DNA of 49,764 bases from Frisingicoccus sp. (GCA_036310765.1 JAXJRF010000203.1:1-49764); one strand, 5' to 3'; positions 32,990 to 44,793 are shown, counted from the stretch's first letter. Translations and numbers: made by a program. The notes: generated from the letters alone by a model not told the origin.

Positions 32990-34294
32990 TCAGGCAATCT
33001 CGCCGCCGTTTTCTGCAACAGTCCGCTTACTGCCTGTCACCCGTTTCACAGGTGTTTTTTCACCATAAGTCAAAATCGGTTCACCTGTTCCTCTCACAAC
33101 TTCTTTTGTGATCGTGCAGGATTCAACCAAATCCTCCGATGGAATCCGATACATGATATCCATCATCGTTTCTTCAATAATCGAACGCAGTCCCCTTGCT
33201 CCTGTCTTCTGTTCAAAGGAGCGGCGAGCCACTTCCCGAACAGCGTCCTCATCAAAGTTCAAACGCACGCCATCAAGCTCAAACAGACGCTGATACTGTT
33301 TTACCAGTGCACTCTTTGGCTCTGTCAAAATTCGCACCAGTGCATCCTCATCCAGAAGATCAAGAGCAACACACACCGGTACACGACCGACAAATTCAGG
33401 AATCAATCCAAACTTGATCAAATCCTGCGGTAATGCCTGTCGGAATATATCTCCGATATTCTTTTCCTGTTCTGTCTGACGGATCATCGAATCAAAGCCG
33501 ATACCTTTCTGACCAATTCTTCCCTCAATGATCTTATCCAGACCATCGAAAGCACCGCCGCAAATGAAAAGAATATTGGTTGTATCCAACTGAATGAATT
33601 CCTGATGCGGATGTTTCCGTCCGCCCTGAGGCGGTACAGAAGCTACCGTACCTTCGAGAATCTTCAGCAGTGCCTGCTGAACGCCCTCTCCGGATACATC
33701 TCGCGTAATGGAAACATTCTCGGATTTTTTTGTAATTTTATCAATTTCATCGATATAGATAATACCGTATTCCGCTCTTTCCACATCAAAATCTGCTGCC
33801 TGAAGGAGCTTTAATAAAATATTTTCCACATCTTCTCCAACATAACCGGCTTCAGTTAATGTTGTCGCATCTGCGATAGCAAATGGTACATTGAGCATTT
33901 TTGCCAATGTCTGAGCCAACAGTGTCTTACCGGAACCTGTCGGTCCAATCAAAAGCACATTGCTCTTCTGAAGTTCCACATCTGTATCTTTATCGGCCAT
34001 AATTCGTTTGTAATGATTATATACCGCTACCGCCAATGTCTTTTTCGCATCGTCCTGTCCGATGATATAGTCATCCAGGAAAGCTTTGATCTCCATAGGC
34101 TTCATCAGACAAATGCCTTCAGCGATATCTTCCTCTTCCATCTCGAATTCTTCCGCAATAATCTCGGAACAGATTCCGATACATTCATCACAGATAAATG
34201 CATTCGGTCCCGCAATCAGTTTACGGACCTGATCCTGGGTTTTATTACAAAAAGAACATCTTGGAACTTTTTTGTCATCCATACGTCCTGCCAT
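32990..34294 (-). CDS. clpX: ATP-dependent Clp protease ATPase ClpX
   Basis: CSFC...CDEC Zn finger, [23 protein letters not shown] loop. Confidence 0.97.
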   Translation of the reverse strand: MAGRMDDKKVPRCSFCNKTQDQVRKLIAGPNAFICDECIGICSEIIAEEFEMEEEDIAEGICLMKPMEIKAFLDDYIIGQDDAKKTLAVAVYNHYKRIMADKDTDVELQKSNVLLIGPTGSGKTLLAQTLAKMLNVPFAIADATTLTEAGYVGEDVENILLKLLQAADFDVERAEYGIIYIDEIDKITKKSENVSITRDVSGEGVQQALLKILEGTVASVPPQGGRKHPHQEFIQLDTTNILFICGGAFDGLDKIIEGRIGQKGIGFDSMIRQTEQEKNIGDIFRQALPQDLIKFGLIPEFVGRVPVCVALDLLDEDALVRILTEPKSALVKQYQRLFELDGVRLNFDEDAVREVARRSFEQKTGARGLRSIIEETMMDIMYRIPSEDLVESCTITKEVVRGTGEPILTYGEKTPVKRVTGSKRTVAENGGEIA

Positions 34295-34321
34295 TATGAT
34301 ACCTCCGGCCTGTCATTCATA

Positions 34322-34909
34322 TTATCTGCTGGTAATTACACGATCGACAATACCATATTCCATGGCTTCTTCTGCCGTCATATAATTATCACGTTCTGTA
34401 TCCCGTGCAATCACTTCCAAAGGTTTGCCTGTGTTTGCAGCAAGGATCTCATTCAGTTTCTGGCGTGTTTTTAAAATCTGTTCAGCAACGATCTTAATCT
34501 CTGTAGCCTGTCCCTGAGCACCGCCGGATGGCTGATGAATCATAATTGTAGAGTTTGGCAATGCAATTCGTTTGCCTTTTGTTCCACCTGCCAAAAGAAA
34601 TGCACCCATGCTGGCTGCCATTCCCATACATATAGTGGAAACATCGCATTTAATATACTGCATTGTGTCATAAATTGCCATTCCTGCTGTTACAGATCCG
34701 CCTGGGCTGTTGATATAAAGACTGATATCTTTTCCAGGATCTTCTGATTCCAGGAATAACAACTGGGATACGATCAGGTTGGCAGAAACATCGGTCACTT
34801 CTTCTCCAAGAAAAATGATACGTTCTTTCAAAAGTCTGGAGTAAATATCATAGGACCGTTCGCCTCTGCTTGTCTGTTCAATGACATAAGGTATTACACT
34901 CAATTTCAT
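34322..34909 (-). CDS. clpP: Clp protease proteolytic subunit (start may be TTG at 34903)
   Basis: [32 protein letters not shown]. Confidence 0.97.
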   Translation of the reverse strand: MKLSVIPYVIEQTSRGERSYDIYSRLLKERIIFLGEEVTDVSANLIVSQLLFLESEDPGKDISLYINSPGGSVTAGMAIYDTMQYIKCDVSTICMGMAASMGAFLLAGGTKGKRIALPNSTIMIHQPSGGAQGQATEIKIVAEQILKTRQKLNEILAANTGKPLEVIARDTERDNYMTAEEAMEYGIVDRVITSR

Positions 34910-34936
34910 TCCTCCTATTTAAAGTCGGGCTGATTC

Positions 34937-36208
34937 TTATTTTTCAACTGCTGCGTCAGTGATCACATCAAGTGCTTTCTGAGCTGCATAATCTTTCATG
35001 ATATCTTCTTCTACAAGTTCTCTGATCTTAGCAGCATCCATCTTCCACATTTCAGCAAGTCTGTTTACTTCAGCTTCGATATCTTCTTCTGTAACTGTGA
35101 TGTTTTCAGCAGCAACGATTGCATCAAGTACAAGACGGTTTTTGATGTTTGCAAGAGCCTGTGGTCTGAACTGTTCAGCTAACTGTGCTGGTGTCATACC
35201 GGAGTACTGGAAGAATACATCCATGCTGATACCCTGAGCCTGGAATCTCTGAGCCTGTTCATTCATCATATCATCAACACTCTTCTGTACCATAGCAGCT
35301 GGGATATCCATTTTAGCATTTGCAACAACAGCATCCATAACTTTCTGCTGTTTTTCAGCCTTAGCTGCTTCTAATTTGCTTTCTCCAAGACGTTTCTTAA
35401 GATCTTCCTTGAATTCAGCTAATGTATCGAAATCAGAAATATCCTGAGCGAATTCATCATCTACTTCTGGATATTCTTTTGTTTTTACTTCATGTACTTT
35501 AACTTTGAATAAAGCAGCTTTACCAGCAAGATCATCTGCATGATATTCTTCTGGGAATGTAACGTTTACATCAACGTCAGCACCTGCTGCTGCACCTACT
35601 AACTGTTCTTCGAATCCAGGAATGAAAGAACCGGAACCGAGTTCAAGCGGATAGTTTTCACCTTTGCCGCCTTCGAATTCTACGCCATCAACGGAACCAA
35701 CATAGTCGATCACAACTGTGTCTCCGTTTTCAGCTGGACGTTCTACTGTGATTTCTCTGGAGTTCTGATCCTGAAGTCTCTTGATTTCTTTTTCAATATC
35801 TTCTTCTGTTACTTCTGTTTCAACTTTTTCAATTTCAACACCCATGTACTGGCCAAGTTCTACTTCTGGTCTTGTAGCAACTTCTGCTGTGAAGATGAAA
35901 GGTTTTCCTTTTTCAACCTGAACAACGTCGATTGAAGGATAAGATGTGATATCTAAACCGGATTCTCTTGCAGCATCACCATAAACTTCATTAATTAAAG
36001 CATCTGCTGCCTCTTCATAGAAAATGCCAGCTCCGTAAAGTTTTTCAATAAGAGCCTGTGGAGCTTTACCTTTTCTGAATCCCTGAACATTGATCTGATT
36101 CTTGTTCTTATTATAAACCTTTGCTGTTGCAGCAACAAATTTTTCAGCTTCCACTTCAATTGTAAGTTTTGCCATATTGTTTTCTAATTTTTCTACCTGT
36201 ACGTTCAT
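34937..36208 (-). CDS. tig: Trigger factor
   Basis: GFRKGKAP, FKBP domain (FEGG, FIPGFEEQL, FPEEYH); upstream of clpPX. Confidence 0.97.
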   Translation of the reverse strand: MNVQVEKLENNMAKLTIEVEAEKFVAATAKVYNKNKNQINVQGFRKGKAPQALIEKLYGAGIFYEEAADALINEVYGDAARESGLDITSYPSIDVVQVEKGKPFIFTAEVATRPEVELGQYMGVEIEKVETEVTEEDIEKEIKRLQDQNSREITVERPAENGDTVVIDYVGSVDGVEFEGGKGENYPLELGSGSFIPGFEEQLVGAAAGADVDVNVTFPEEYHADDLAGKAALFKVKVHEVKTKEYPEVDDEFAQDISDFDTLAEFKEDLKKRLGESKLEAAKAEKQQKVMDAVVANAKMDIPAAMVQKSVDDMMNEQAQRFQAQGISMDVFFQYSGMTPAQLAEQFRPQALANIKNRLVLDAIVAAENITVTEEDIEAEVNRLAEMWKMDAAKIRELVEEDIMKDYAAQKALDVITDAAVEK

Positions 36209-36355
36209 TATATTTCTATTCCTCCTTATAATAATTATACCCATCAAAGCAAATGAAAGGTATACTCATGCACGAGAGCATTTTTCCGCACTTTAATCTA
36301 TAGTATATAATAATAACGGCCATCTGTAAATAGCCGATTTTGTATTTTTTCATAA

Positions 36356-36381
36356 GAAAAAAGCCCTGAAACGGGCTTTTT
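36356..36381 (-). terminator. Terminator after SASP gene
   Basis: AAAAAGCCC-tgaaac-GGGCTTTTT. Confidence 0.7.
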
Positions 36382-36451
36382 CCATAGATATTTTTTTGAA
36401 ATTTGGATCATGGAGACTGTCTTCTCCCGTTCCAGAACTTTACCTGTTCTG

Positions 36452-36682
36452 TCACTGCTGACCGGACATCTGTTCTTCCTGTCTGCGAATCATCTGACGT
36501 ACCATTTCGCCGCCGACAGAACCGGCTTCCGCAGATGTCAGATCTCCGTTATAGCCGTTTTTCAAGTTCACACCCAGCTCACCTGCTACTTCCATTTTGA
36601 ATTTATCCATAGCATCCTTTGCCTGAGGTACTTCCATACGACTTCCGTTTGAACCTGTTCCACTCGAATTGTTAGACATCAT
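36452..36682 (-). CDS. Alpha/beta-type small acid-soluble spore protein
   Basis: FKMEVAGELG...GDLTS..AGSVGGEMVR motif. Confidence 0.92.
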   Translation of the reverse strand: MMSNNSSGTGSNGSRMEVPQAKDAMDKFKMEVAGELGVNLKNGYNGDLTSAEAGSVGGEMVRQMIRRQEEQMSGQQ

Positions 36683-36824
36683 TTTCACCTCCAGATAAAC
36701 TCGAATAAGTCACTTTAACTTATTCTGGTCATAGTATTTGTCGACTTACAAATATTATGATGGAAATTTCTAGTGTTTTCCGTTATACTGATGTATAACT
36801 TTATCGGTTATAAGGAGAAAATCT

Positions 36825-37268
36825 ATGGAAATCGAACGCAAATATCGGATCGATCGTATCCCATTTGACCTTGAAAACTATCCAAGCTGCGAGATCGAAC
36901 AGGCCTATCTGAACACAGATCCTGTCATCCGCGTACGCCGTCAGGATGATGATTATTATTTAACTTATAAATCCAAAGGGTTCATGGCAAGAGAAGAGTA
37001 TAATCTCCCTCTGAATGCCGAGGCTTATCACCATTTGCTTACAAAAGCCGATGGAAATATTTTAACAAAAACCCGCTATAATATTCCGCTTGGCAACCAT
37101 CTGACCATCGAAATGGATATTTTTCATGGGAAATTTGAAGGTCTGATCCTCGCCGAAGTGGAATTTTCAACCATCGAAGAGGCAGAAACATTTACACCAC
37201 CCGAATATTTCGGTGAAGATGTCACCTTTTCTTCCGAATATCATAACAGTACGTTAAGTCAGAAATAA
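36825..37268 (+). CDS. CYTH domain protein
   Basis: EIERKY, IRVRR, LTYKS, KTRY, AEVEF. Confidence 0.9.
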   Translation: MEIERKYRIDRIPFDLENYPSCEIEQAYLNTDPVIRVRRQDDDYYLTYKSKGFMAREEYNLPLNAEAYHHLLTKADGNILTKTRYNIPLGNHLTIEMDIFHGKFEGLILAEVEFSTIEEAETFTPPEYFGEDVTFSSEYHNSTLSQK

Positions 37269-38615
37269 TTATAATTTTTTCAGCACAGTCTTCTGCATCG
37301 TTATGTAACAGGCCAGTCCGCCGATAAAATTGGAAATCGGCTCCGCCATAAACACACCGGCAACACCAAGGGCCGGAATTTTCGGCAGAAGAATGGTCAG
37401 CGGAACAACAATAATGGCTTTTCTGAAAATCGAAAAGAATACGGCCTGTTTCGCCTTGTTCAATGCCTTGAATACACATTGGCCCGTATGCTGGAATGTC
37501 ATCATAATGAATCCAAAGAAATATATATGTAAAGACGGAACCGCCACCTCAAGCAGTGCAGCATCCTGATTAAAAATCCGGATAAACATTTCCGGAAAAA
37601 GGGAAATGCCTCCCCAGATCAAAAGCGTATAGACCAGACAGATCTGTGTCATAAACCGGACAGCTTTTTTCATCAATGTATATCGCTCTGCACCATAATT
37701 ATAGCTGATGACCGGCGACGACCCATTGGTTATTGCCACAACCGGTGTCTCTGCAATCTCCCGTATCGAATTGATGACGGTCATTGCACTGATATAAATA
37801 TCCCCGCCATAAATATTCAGTGTTGAATTGCATACGATCTGAACAAGCCCATTGGTAAATGACATGACAAAGGTAGAACTGCCCAGCTTGACAATCTTCC
37901 AAATACAATCCATATCCAGCTTAAAGTTTTTAAGTTTCAGTTTCAGCTCCGCCTTTTTCCCAGTCAAAAATCTTAACACCCATATCGCTGAGAAGAACTG
38001 GGAAATAATCGTCGCTACGGCTGCCCCGGTAACCCCCATATTTAATCCAAAAATAAAAATTGGATCCAGGATCAGATTACTGATGGCACCGAGTGTCACC
38101 GTCTTCATACCCACTTTGGCAAAGCCCTGACTGGTAATATAGGGATTCATTCCAAGGGAAATCATGACAAAAACCGTTCCAAGCAAATATACGTTCATGT
38201 AGCTTGCAGCATAAGGGTAGGTTGCATCGCTGGCACCAAACAGATATAAAATCGGCTTATGGAAAACGATTCCAAAAACGGTTAAAAGTATACCTGTTAA
38301 GACCAACATAAAAAAGGCATTGTTCATGACCTTTTCGGCACCTTCTGTATCTTTTTGACCTCTGGCGATCGAACACAGCGGAGCACCGCCCAGACCAAAC
38401 AGATTGGCAAAAGCAGTCACCATCGTGATCACCGGAAAACATAGCCCCAATCCCGCCAGTGCTATAATTCCCTCTCCCGGAATCTTGCCAATATAAATCC
38501 TGTCAATAATGTTGTACAGCAGATTGACGATCTGAGCTACAAGCATCGGGGCCGCCACCGCCAATACATTCCGTCTCACATCTCCATTACTGAAATCCAC
38601 CTGTCCAGATGCCAT
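37269..38615 (-). CDS. MATE efflux transporter (MepA-like)
   Basis: LYNIIDRIYIG, NLILDPIFIF, GAAVAT, SYNYGA; about 12 TM segments. Confidence 0.92.
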   Translation of the reverse strand: MASGQVDFSNGDVRRNVLAVAAPMLVAQIVNLLYNIIDRIYIGKIPGEGIIALAGLGLCFPVITMVTAFANLFGLGGAPLCSIARGQKDTEGAEKVMNNAFFMLVLTGILLTVFGIVFHKPILYLFGASDATYPYAASYMNVYLLGTVFVMISLGMNPYITSQGFAKVGMKTVTLGAISNLILDPIFIFGLNMGVTGAAVATIISQFFSAIWVLRFLTGKKAELKLKLKNFKLDMDCIWKIVKLGSSTFVMSFTNGLVQIVCNSTLNIYGGDIYISAMTVINSIREIAETPVVAITNGSSPVISYNYGAERYTLMKKAVRFMTQICLVYTLLIWGGISLFPEMFIRIFNQDAALLEVAVPSLHIYFFGFIMMTFQHTGQCVFKALNKAKQAVFFSIFRKAIIVVPLTILLPKIPALGVAGVFMAEPISNFIGGLACYITMQKTVLKKL

Positions 38616-38674
38616 AAGTTACACTTCCTTTTGCATTTTGTTTCGATGACAGTATAACATATCTGAAAATGCAA

Positions 38675-38708
38675 AAAAAGAGATTATCTTTCCAATAATC
38701 TCTTTTTT
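38675..38708 (-). terminator. Terminator after HPr
   Basis: AAAAGAGATTAT...ATAATCTCTTTT inverted repeat with T tracts. Confidence 0.7.
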
Positions 38709-38722
38709 CTCTCTTCATACCG

Positions 38723-38980
38723 TTACAACTGCTGTCTGAACAATGTTTCCATTTTTTCTGCGGCCTGATCTTCATCCGGTCCTTCCACTGTCACAACAAT
38801 TTCATCGCCTTTTTTGATACAGAGTCCCATGATACCAAAGATGCTTTTCAGATCGCCCTTCTGTCCATTTTTATCAATCCGTATACTGCTCTGAAATTCA
38901 TTCGCCGCTTTGACAAGAACGCCGGCTGGTCTGGCATGAATTCCCTGTTCATCCTGAATTACATACTTGAAGTCTTTCAT
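38723..38980 (-). CDS. Phosphocarrier protein HPr
   Basis: GIHARPA (His15), LKSIFGIMGL (Ser46), GPDE. Confidence 0.9.
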   Translation of the reverse strand: MKDFKYVIQDEQGIHARPAGVLVKAANEFQSSIRIDKNGQKGDLKSIFGIMGLCIKKGDEIVVTVEGPDEDQAAEKMETLFRQQL

Positions 38981-39035
38981 ATGATACTCTCCTGTCATTA
39001 AAAGTTTTCATTAAACACTTCCAGTATCTCCGACT

Positions 39036-40406
39036 TTATGACAAAATATTCGGGACCAGTTTCGCCGTTTGTTTTTTATATATTTTTGCAAAATATATAA
39101 TTTCTGCAATCGACGTAATCGTCCATGAAAAGACGTATAACATATACAGCGACGGAATCGTCTGAAAATGGGCAAATATTGTATAAATCCAAATAACACG
39201 AAATACACAGGAACCCATAATAACAATGACGGTTGGTGCAAGACTCTTTCCAAGAGCTCTGGATGCCGCAATGGAGCAATCCATAAACGCAGACAGACAA
39301 TAGGCACTTCCCATAATTGTCAATCGTTTCATCCCCGCTTCAACCACCGCCGGATCTTTCGTAAACAGTGACAGGAACTGATGTCCAAAAGCTACCAGCA
39401 GCCAGCCAACAATAAGTGCTGTTCCGAAAGCATATGCCAGGCTGATAAAATAACTTCGAAGAAGACGTTTCTTTTTACCAGCTCCATAATTCTGTCCCAT
39501 GAAACTGGCACAGGCCGTATAAAAAGCCGTCATAATATCAAATACAATATTATCCGCATTGGCCGCCGCCGAATTCCCCGCAACCATCGTCGCATCAAAG
39601 GTATTGACACCAACCTGGACAAACAGGTTGGCAACCTGAAAGATCACATTCTGTATCCCTGCCGGAAATCCAATACCTGCAATCTGCAAAGCAGAACTTT
39701 TATCCAATCGAAGTTCCGACATCCGAAGTCCAAAAACCTCTTTGCTCCGGAACAATGCCGACACGATCAGGACGGCCGACAGATACTGGGATAAAACACT
39801 TGCCAAAGCCACACCCGCAACCGACATATTGCATACAACAACAAAAAACAGATTCAAAATCACATTGAGCACACCTGAAATAGACAGATACATTAATGGC
39901 TTCTTAGTGTTTCCAACGGCGCTGAAAACCGCATTACCAAAATTGTACAAGGCCATTGCCGGCATTCCCAACAGATATATACGAAAATATAATACTGCCC
40001 CATCGATCAGTTCCGGTTTTGTATTCAAAAGCGTCATAATAGAACGTGAAAACCCAACACCGGTAACTGTGAGAAATATTCCGGTCAGAAGGCTCAAAAT
40101 AGCCGCCGAATGTACGGTTTCAATGATCCCCCGCCGGTCTTTTGCCCCAAAACGGAGAGCTGTCAGAACATTGATCCCACCGGACAAGCCAATGAGAAAT
40201 CCGGTAAATAAAGCAACCAGATTACTTGTTGAACCAACAGAACCCAATGCCAGAGAACCCGCAAACTGTCCGACAACCGCCACGTCTGCCATATTGAATA
40301 AAACCTGTAACAGGTTGGAAATCATCAGGGGCAAACTGAATAAAAGTATTTTTTTCCCCAATGGTCCCGTCGTCAGGTCCTGTTTTTCCACTGTCATTTC
40401 TGACAT
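39036..40406 (-). CDS. MATE efflux transporter
   Basis: FNMADVAVVG, NVILNLFFV, GVALAS, GQNYGA. Confidence 0.92.
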   Translation of the reverse strand: MSEMTVEKQDLTTGPLGKKILLFSLPLMISNLLQVLFNMADVAVVGQFAGSLALGSVGSTSNLVALFTGFLIGLSGGINVLTALRFGAKDRRGIIETVHSAAILSLLTGIFLTVTGVGFSRSIMTLLNTKPELIDGAVLYFRIYLLGMPAMALYNFGNAVFSAVGNTKKPLMYLSISGVLNVILNLFFVVVCNMSVAGVALASVLSQYLSAVLIVSALFRSKEVFGLRMSELRLDKSSALQIAGIGFPAGIQNVIFQVANLFVQVGVNTFDATMVAGNSAAANADNIVFDIMTAFYTACASFMGQNYGAGKKKRLLRSYFISLAYAFGTALIVGWLLVAFGHQFLSLFTKDPAVVEAGMKRLTIMGSAYCLSAFMDCSIAASRALGKSLAPTVIVIMGSCVFRVIWIYTIFAHFQTIPSLYMLYVFSWTITSIAEIIYFAKIYKKQTAKLVPNILS

Positions 40407-40446
40407 TTTAATCAATCCACCTTATACGTTTAATTTACCCGCCCTA

Positions 40447-41148
40447 TCAGGTAAAGGAATCCATCTTCGTCTGAGCATGCAAAGCATCCATTTTGGCATC
40501 CAGTTCCGCACTCAGCTGGGCACAATAATACAGATCCTCTGCCATCTGCTCTGTGAATTCCACATCTTTTTTATATTTGAGCTGATGCTCCAGACTTGCC
40601 CATGAATCCATCGCAATCGTTCGAAGCTGAACTTCCACATTCATCATCCGTTTTTCACGTGCAAGGAAAATCGGAACAGCCACGATCAAATGCAGGCTTC
40701 GATAGCCATTTTCCTTTGGATTGGCAATATAGTCCTTACGCTTTACAAGCGTAATATCATCCTGACTTAAAAGTGCGTCCGCCAGCATATAGACGTCATC
40801 CGGAAAAGCACAAATAACACGTACACCGGCAATATCCATCAGATTTTCCTCGATGGCCTTCAAACTCAATGGAATGCCTTTTCTATGCATCTTATCCAAT
40901 ATGCTCTCCGGTCTTTTCAACCGGGTCTTAATCCCATTGATCGGATTTCTGTCGTATCTGAGAGAAAACTCTTCATTGAGAACATTGAATTTTGTCTCAA
41001 TCTCCATGATCGCACATCGATAATAGGTCATCAGTTTCATATATTCCTCAAACCAGGATTTGGATACCTCCATAGTTTCATCATCAAAAGCTGCCCGAAC
41101 CCGGCTCAGCTCCAGATGATCTGTTTTATCTCCACTCCTGTTTATCAT
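40447..41148 (-). CDS. Small alarmone synthetase (RelP/RelQ-like GTP pyrophosphokinase)
   Basis: RLKRPESI, DIAGVRVI, KENGYRSLH, EVQLRT, WASLEH. Confidence 0.92.
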   Translation of the reverse strand: MINRSGDKTDHLELSRVRAAFDDETMEVSKSWFEEYMKLMTYYRCAIMEIETKFNVLNEEFSLRYDRNPINGIKTRLKRPESILDKMHRKGIPLSLKAIEENLMDIAGVRVICAFPDDVYMLADALLSQDDITLVKRKDYIANPKENGYRSLHLIVAVPIFLAREKRMMNVEVQLRTIAMDSWASLEHQLKYKKDVEFTEQMAEDLYYCAQLSAELDAKMDALHAQTKMDSFT

Positions 41149-41154
41149 ACTGCA

Positions 41155-42147
41155 TTACCTCTCCTCGCGGAAATAATTCATACCGCAGCTCTTTGGCTGG
41201 GCATGTTCCTTACTCTGACGCATACTTGTAATAACCAGTACAAGTATAGTCGCAATATACGGGATCATGTCATAAATCTGTGCCGGAAGCCCCGGAATAT
41301 TGACATACATTCGCATGATCGTAAGTCCACCAAAAACAATGGCTACAAGAATACCTCTCGCTGGGCTCCAGGTTGCAAATATAACAAGGGCAACTGCCAG
41401 CCAGCCATATCCGCTGACACAGCCATGCACCCATACACCTTTCGTTGTTACCATACTCATATACATACCGCCAATACCGCATATACCGCCGCCAATGATC
41501 GTCGCAATATATTTATACTTCATTGTATCGATACCAGCCGCATCCGCCGTTGCCGGGCTTTCGCCGACCGCACGCAGATTCAGACCAACCCTTGATTTAT
41601 TAAAAAACCATGTCATAAACAGGGCAAGGGCAATTGCAAAATATACAAGCCAGTTATACTGGAAAAACAGCTTTCCAACGACCGGAATATCAGATAAAAC
41701 CGGAATATGAAGCTTGGAAAATGCCGCCTTTGTAACATCTCCCACAGCCACATAACCGCCAGCCTTCTGTCCGATATATTCTCCAAAAAAGTTACCAAAA
41801 CCTGTACCAAAAATTGTCAGGGTCAATCCGGTTACATTTTGATTTGCACGAAGGGTGTTGGTCAGGAAACTGTAGATAAATGCTCCCAGCATTCCCGCCA
41901 ATATGGAACATACAAGGGCGATCAATGCAGAAACAACACCATTTGGCGTTCCGCCGCATTTTGCAACCCCCTGTTCATAATAATAAGAGCCTGCCAATCC
42001 GGTAATGGCTCCCATAAACATCATACCTTCCACACCCAGATTCAGGTTTCCGGCTTTCTCAGTCAAAATTTCTCCTAATGCACCAAGAAGCAAAGGTGTT
42101 CCGGCAAGAACTGCTGCCACAAATAAACTACTTAACGTATTAAACAT
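41155..42147 (-). CDS. Nucleoside/purine ABC transporter permease
   Basis: EKAGNLNLGVEG, LRAVGESP..ADAAG, G.GWLAVALV. Confidence 0.9.
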   Translation of the reverse strand: MFNTLSSLFVAAVLAGTPLLLGALGEILTEKAGNLNLGVEGMMFMGAITGLAGSYYYEQGVAKCGGTPNGVVSALIALVCSILAGMLGAFIYSFLTNTLRANQNVTGLTLTIFGTGFGNFFGEYIGQKAGGYVAVGDVTKAAFSKLHIPVLSDIPVVGKLFFQYNWLVYFAIALALFMTWFFNKSRVGLNLRAVGESPATADAAGIDTMKYKYIATIIGGGICGIGGMYMSMVTTKGVWVHGCVSGYGWLAVALVIFATWSPARGILVAIVFGGLTIMRMYVNIPGLPAQIYDMIPYIATILVLVITSMRQSKEHAQPKSCGMNYFREER

Positions 42148-43237
42148 GTTTATCCTCCTTTCCTCTCCAGATCAGACGATAGGAAATAAAGAATTCACAT
42201 CCCAGCATGAAAAACAAAATAATACCGATCAAAAGCTCAGAGGCAGATGCCGGAATCTTGAACTGGGTCTGAATTGCATTGGAACCACGATCGAGCATGG
42301 CAATAAATACAGATACGATCAGCATGCCATATGGATTCATCTTTGCCAGCCAGGCAACCGTAATCGCTGTAAAACCAACACCACCGGCTGTACTTTCTGT
42401 GATCGTAAAGTCGGCACCGGCGAACTGGAGCATACCCACCAGACCGCAAAGGGCACCGGATATAAACATCGTACGGATAAATACTTTGCTGACATTAATT
42501 CCCGCATAGCGTGCTGTACTATTGCTCTCGCCTACAACGGCAATCTCATATCCCTGTTTGGTCTTTGTAAAATAAATCTGAGATACAACTACTAAAACCA
42601 GTGCCAATATCCATCCCCAATGCACACCAAGCACCTTTGTCAGACGCGCTCCCGGTACAAGCATGGCAATCTTCGGAAAACTGCTGCCCGGTGCTTTCCA
42701 TGGCCCATTCATGAGATATTTGATAAAAGCCAGTGCGATATAGTTCAGCATCAATGTGAATAAGGTTTCATTTGTTCCCCACTTTGCCTTACATACCGCT
42801 GGAAGGAGACCATAAAGACCACCGGCCACCATACCAGCGATCATCATCAATATAACTAACGGAACTTTTGGGAAAATATGTGCTGTAAATAATCCGAAAT
42901 ATCCGGCAGCAACTGCTCCCACCAGAATCTGACCTTCCGCACCAATATTCCAAAATTTCATTTTAAACGCGAAAGAAATGCCGATCGCTGTGATCAACAG
43001 CGGAACAGCCAACTTGATCGTTTCACGCATAACCGTCGATGTTCCCCACGCACCAACAACCATCGCTTTATACACAGCAAAGGGATTATGTCCCAGGATC
43101 AAAATAAGGATACCTCCCGTTACAAGCGACAGCAGGAAGGCAATTCCGCGAATGATCCATGCCTTCTGGCTGGAAATCGTATCCCGTTTCGCCATACGCA
43201 GAAGGGGTTCTTTTATTTTCATTTTATCGTCGCTCAT
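42140..43237 (-). CDS. Nucleoside/purine ABC transporter permease
   Basis: WNIGAEGQ, NETLFTLMLNY, ARYAGI, GFTAITVAWL. Confidence 0.9.
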   Translation of the reverse strand: MSDDKMKIKEPLLRMAKRDTISSQKAWIIRGIAFLLSLVTGGILILILGHNPFAVYKAMVVGAWGTSTVMRETIKLAVPLLITAIGISFAFKMKFWNIGAEGQILVGAVAAGYFGLFTAHIFPKVPLVILMMIAGMVAGGLYGLLPAVCKAKWGTNETLFTLMLNYIALAFIKYLMNGPWKAPGSSFPKIAMLVPGARLTKVLGVHWGWILALVLVVVSQIYFTKTKQGYEIAVVGESNSTARYAGINVSKVFIRTMFISGALCGLVGMLQFAGADFTITESTAGGVGFTAITVAWLAKMNPYGMLIVSVFIAMLDRGSNAIQTQFKIPASASELLIGIILFFMLGCEFFISYRLIWRGKEDKHV

Positions 43238-44793
43238 TATTCCACCTCATTGTTTTCTTCTTCATTGACATGAATCATCATCAAGCCGATTTCTTCTTTT
43301 GTGACCTTTTTCGGATCCACAATGCCGCTGACCTTTCCGCCGCACATAACCATAAGTCTGTCGGAAATCTCCATCAAAACATCCAGATCTTCACCAATAA
43401 ATATAACAGCAACGCCTTTTTTCTTCTGCTCATTCAGAAGATCATATATACGATAGGAAGAATTGATATCCAATCCCCGGACCGGATAGGCTACGATCAA
43501 TACCGTAGGGCTGCAGGCAATTTCACGTCCAAGAAGAACCTTCTGAACATTACCGCCGGACATTCTTCCAACCGGAGTTTCAACTCCCGGAGTCACAATC
43601 TCCAGCTCTTCGATCATCTTTTCAGCGAGAGCTCTCGGTGACTTGCGGTCTACAAATATCCCTTTATTATTTCGATAACTTCGAAGCATCACATTGTCTG
43701 TCATATCCATATCGGCAACCAGACCCATTCCAAGACGATCCTCCGGCACATAAGCCATCGCAATTCCTCTTTTGGCAATTTCATCCGGCTTTAACTCCAG
43801 AATTCTTTCCCGGACCGGTGTTCCCTGATACTCTCCTGAAAAGAGCACAGTTCCGCCAATGGATGGATAAAGTCCCGCAATCGTCTCGCAAAGCTCCTTC
43901 TGGCCGCTTCCTGCGATACCAGCCACGCCAAGAATTTCACCGCCATAAGCGGTAAAGGACACATTATCCAACGCTTTCACGCCATCGCCATTCAGACAGG
44001 AGAGATCGACCACTTTCAGTCGTTCCTTCTTCTCCTTTACTACCGGACGGTCAATTTTCAGATCGATCGGTCTTCCAACCATCATTTCTGTCAACTGGGC
44101 CTGATCTGTTTCGGCTGTGTTCACCGTACCGATGTATTCACCCTTTCTCAGAATCTCCACCCGGTCAGAGATTGCCATAACCTCATTCAGCTTATGGGTG
44201 ATGATAATGATCGACTTTCCATCTGCCTTCATATTGCGAAGCACAGCAAACAGCTTATCTGTCTCCTGAGGCGTCAGTACTGCCGTCGGCTCATCCAAAA
44301 TAAGAATATCTGCTCCCCTGTACAGCACCTTTAAAATTTCTACCGTCTGTTTCTCGGATACCGCCATGTTATAAATCTTTTTCGTTGGGTCAATATCAAA
44401 TCCATACTTTTGTGCCAGTTCGGACACTTTTTTATTGATCTCCTTGCGATTGACCGTCAATCCGCCATCCAATCCAAGAACGATGTTTTCTGCCGCTGTC
44501 AAAACATCGACCAGCTTAAAATGCTGATGGATCATACCGATTCCCAAGGAAAAGGCATCCCTTGGAGAACGAATCGTCACCTGCTTTCCATGGACATAGA
44601 TCTCCCCATGATCTGGAAAATAAATTCCGGACAGCATATTCATTAATGTTGTCTTACCACTTCCATTCTCGCCGAGGAGTGCAAGAATTTCGCCTTTCCG
44701 AAGTTCCAGATCGGCATCTTTATTTGCAACAACTTTTCCAAATATCTTCGTAATTTTATGCATCTTAACTGCAAGATTCGTGTTTTTGTCCAA
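43237..44793 (-). CDS. ABC transporter ATP-binding protein (CUT2 double-domain)
   Basis: GENGSGKT, LDEPTAVL, SGGNVQK; TTG start. Confidence 0.92.
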   Translation of the reverse strand: MDKNTNLAVKMHKITKIFGKVVANKDADLELRKGEILALLGENGSGKTTLMNMLSGIYFPDHGEIYVHGKQVTIRSPRDAFSLGIGMIHQHFKLVDVLTAAENIVLGLDGGLTVNRKEINKKVSELAQKYGFDIDPTKKIYNMAVSEKQTVEILKVLYRGADILILDEPTAVLTPQETDKLFAVLRNMKADGKSIIIITHKLNEVMAISDRVEILRKGEYIGTVNTAETDQAQLTEMMVGRPIDLKIDRPVVKEKKERLKVVDLSCLNGDGVKALDNVSFTAYGGEILGVAGIAGSGQKELCETIAGLYPSIGGTVLFSGEYQGTPVRERILELKPDEIAKRGIAMAYVPEDRLGMGLVADMDMTDNVMLRSYRNNKGIFVDRKSPRALAEKMIEELEIVTPGVETPVGRMSGGNVQKVLLGREIACSPTVLIVAYPVRGLDINSSYRIYDLLNEQKKKGVAVIFIGEDLDVLMEISDRLMVMCGGKVSGIVDPKKVTKEEIGLMMIHVNEEENNEVE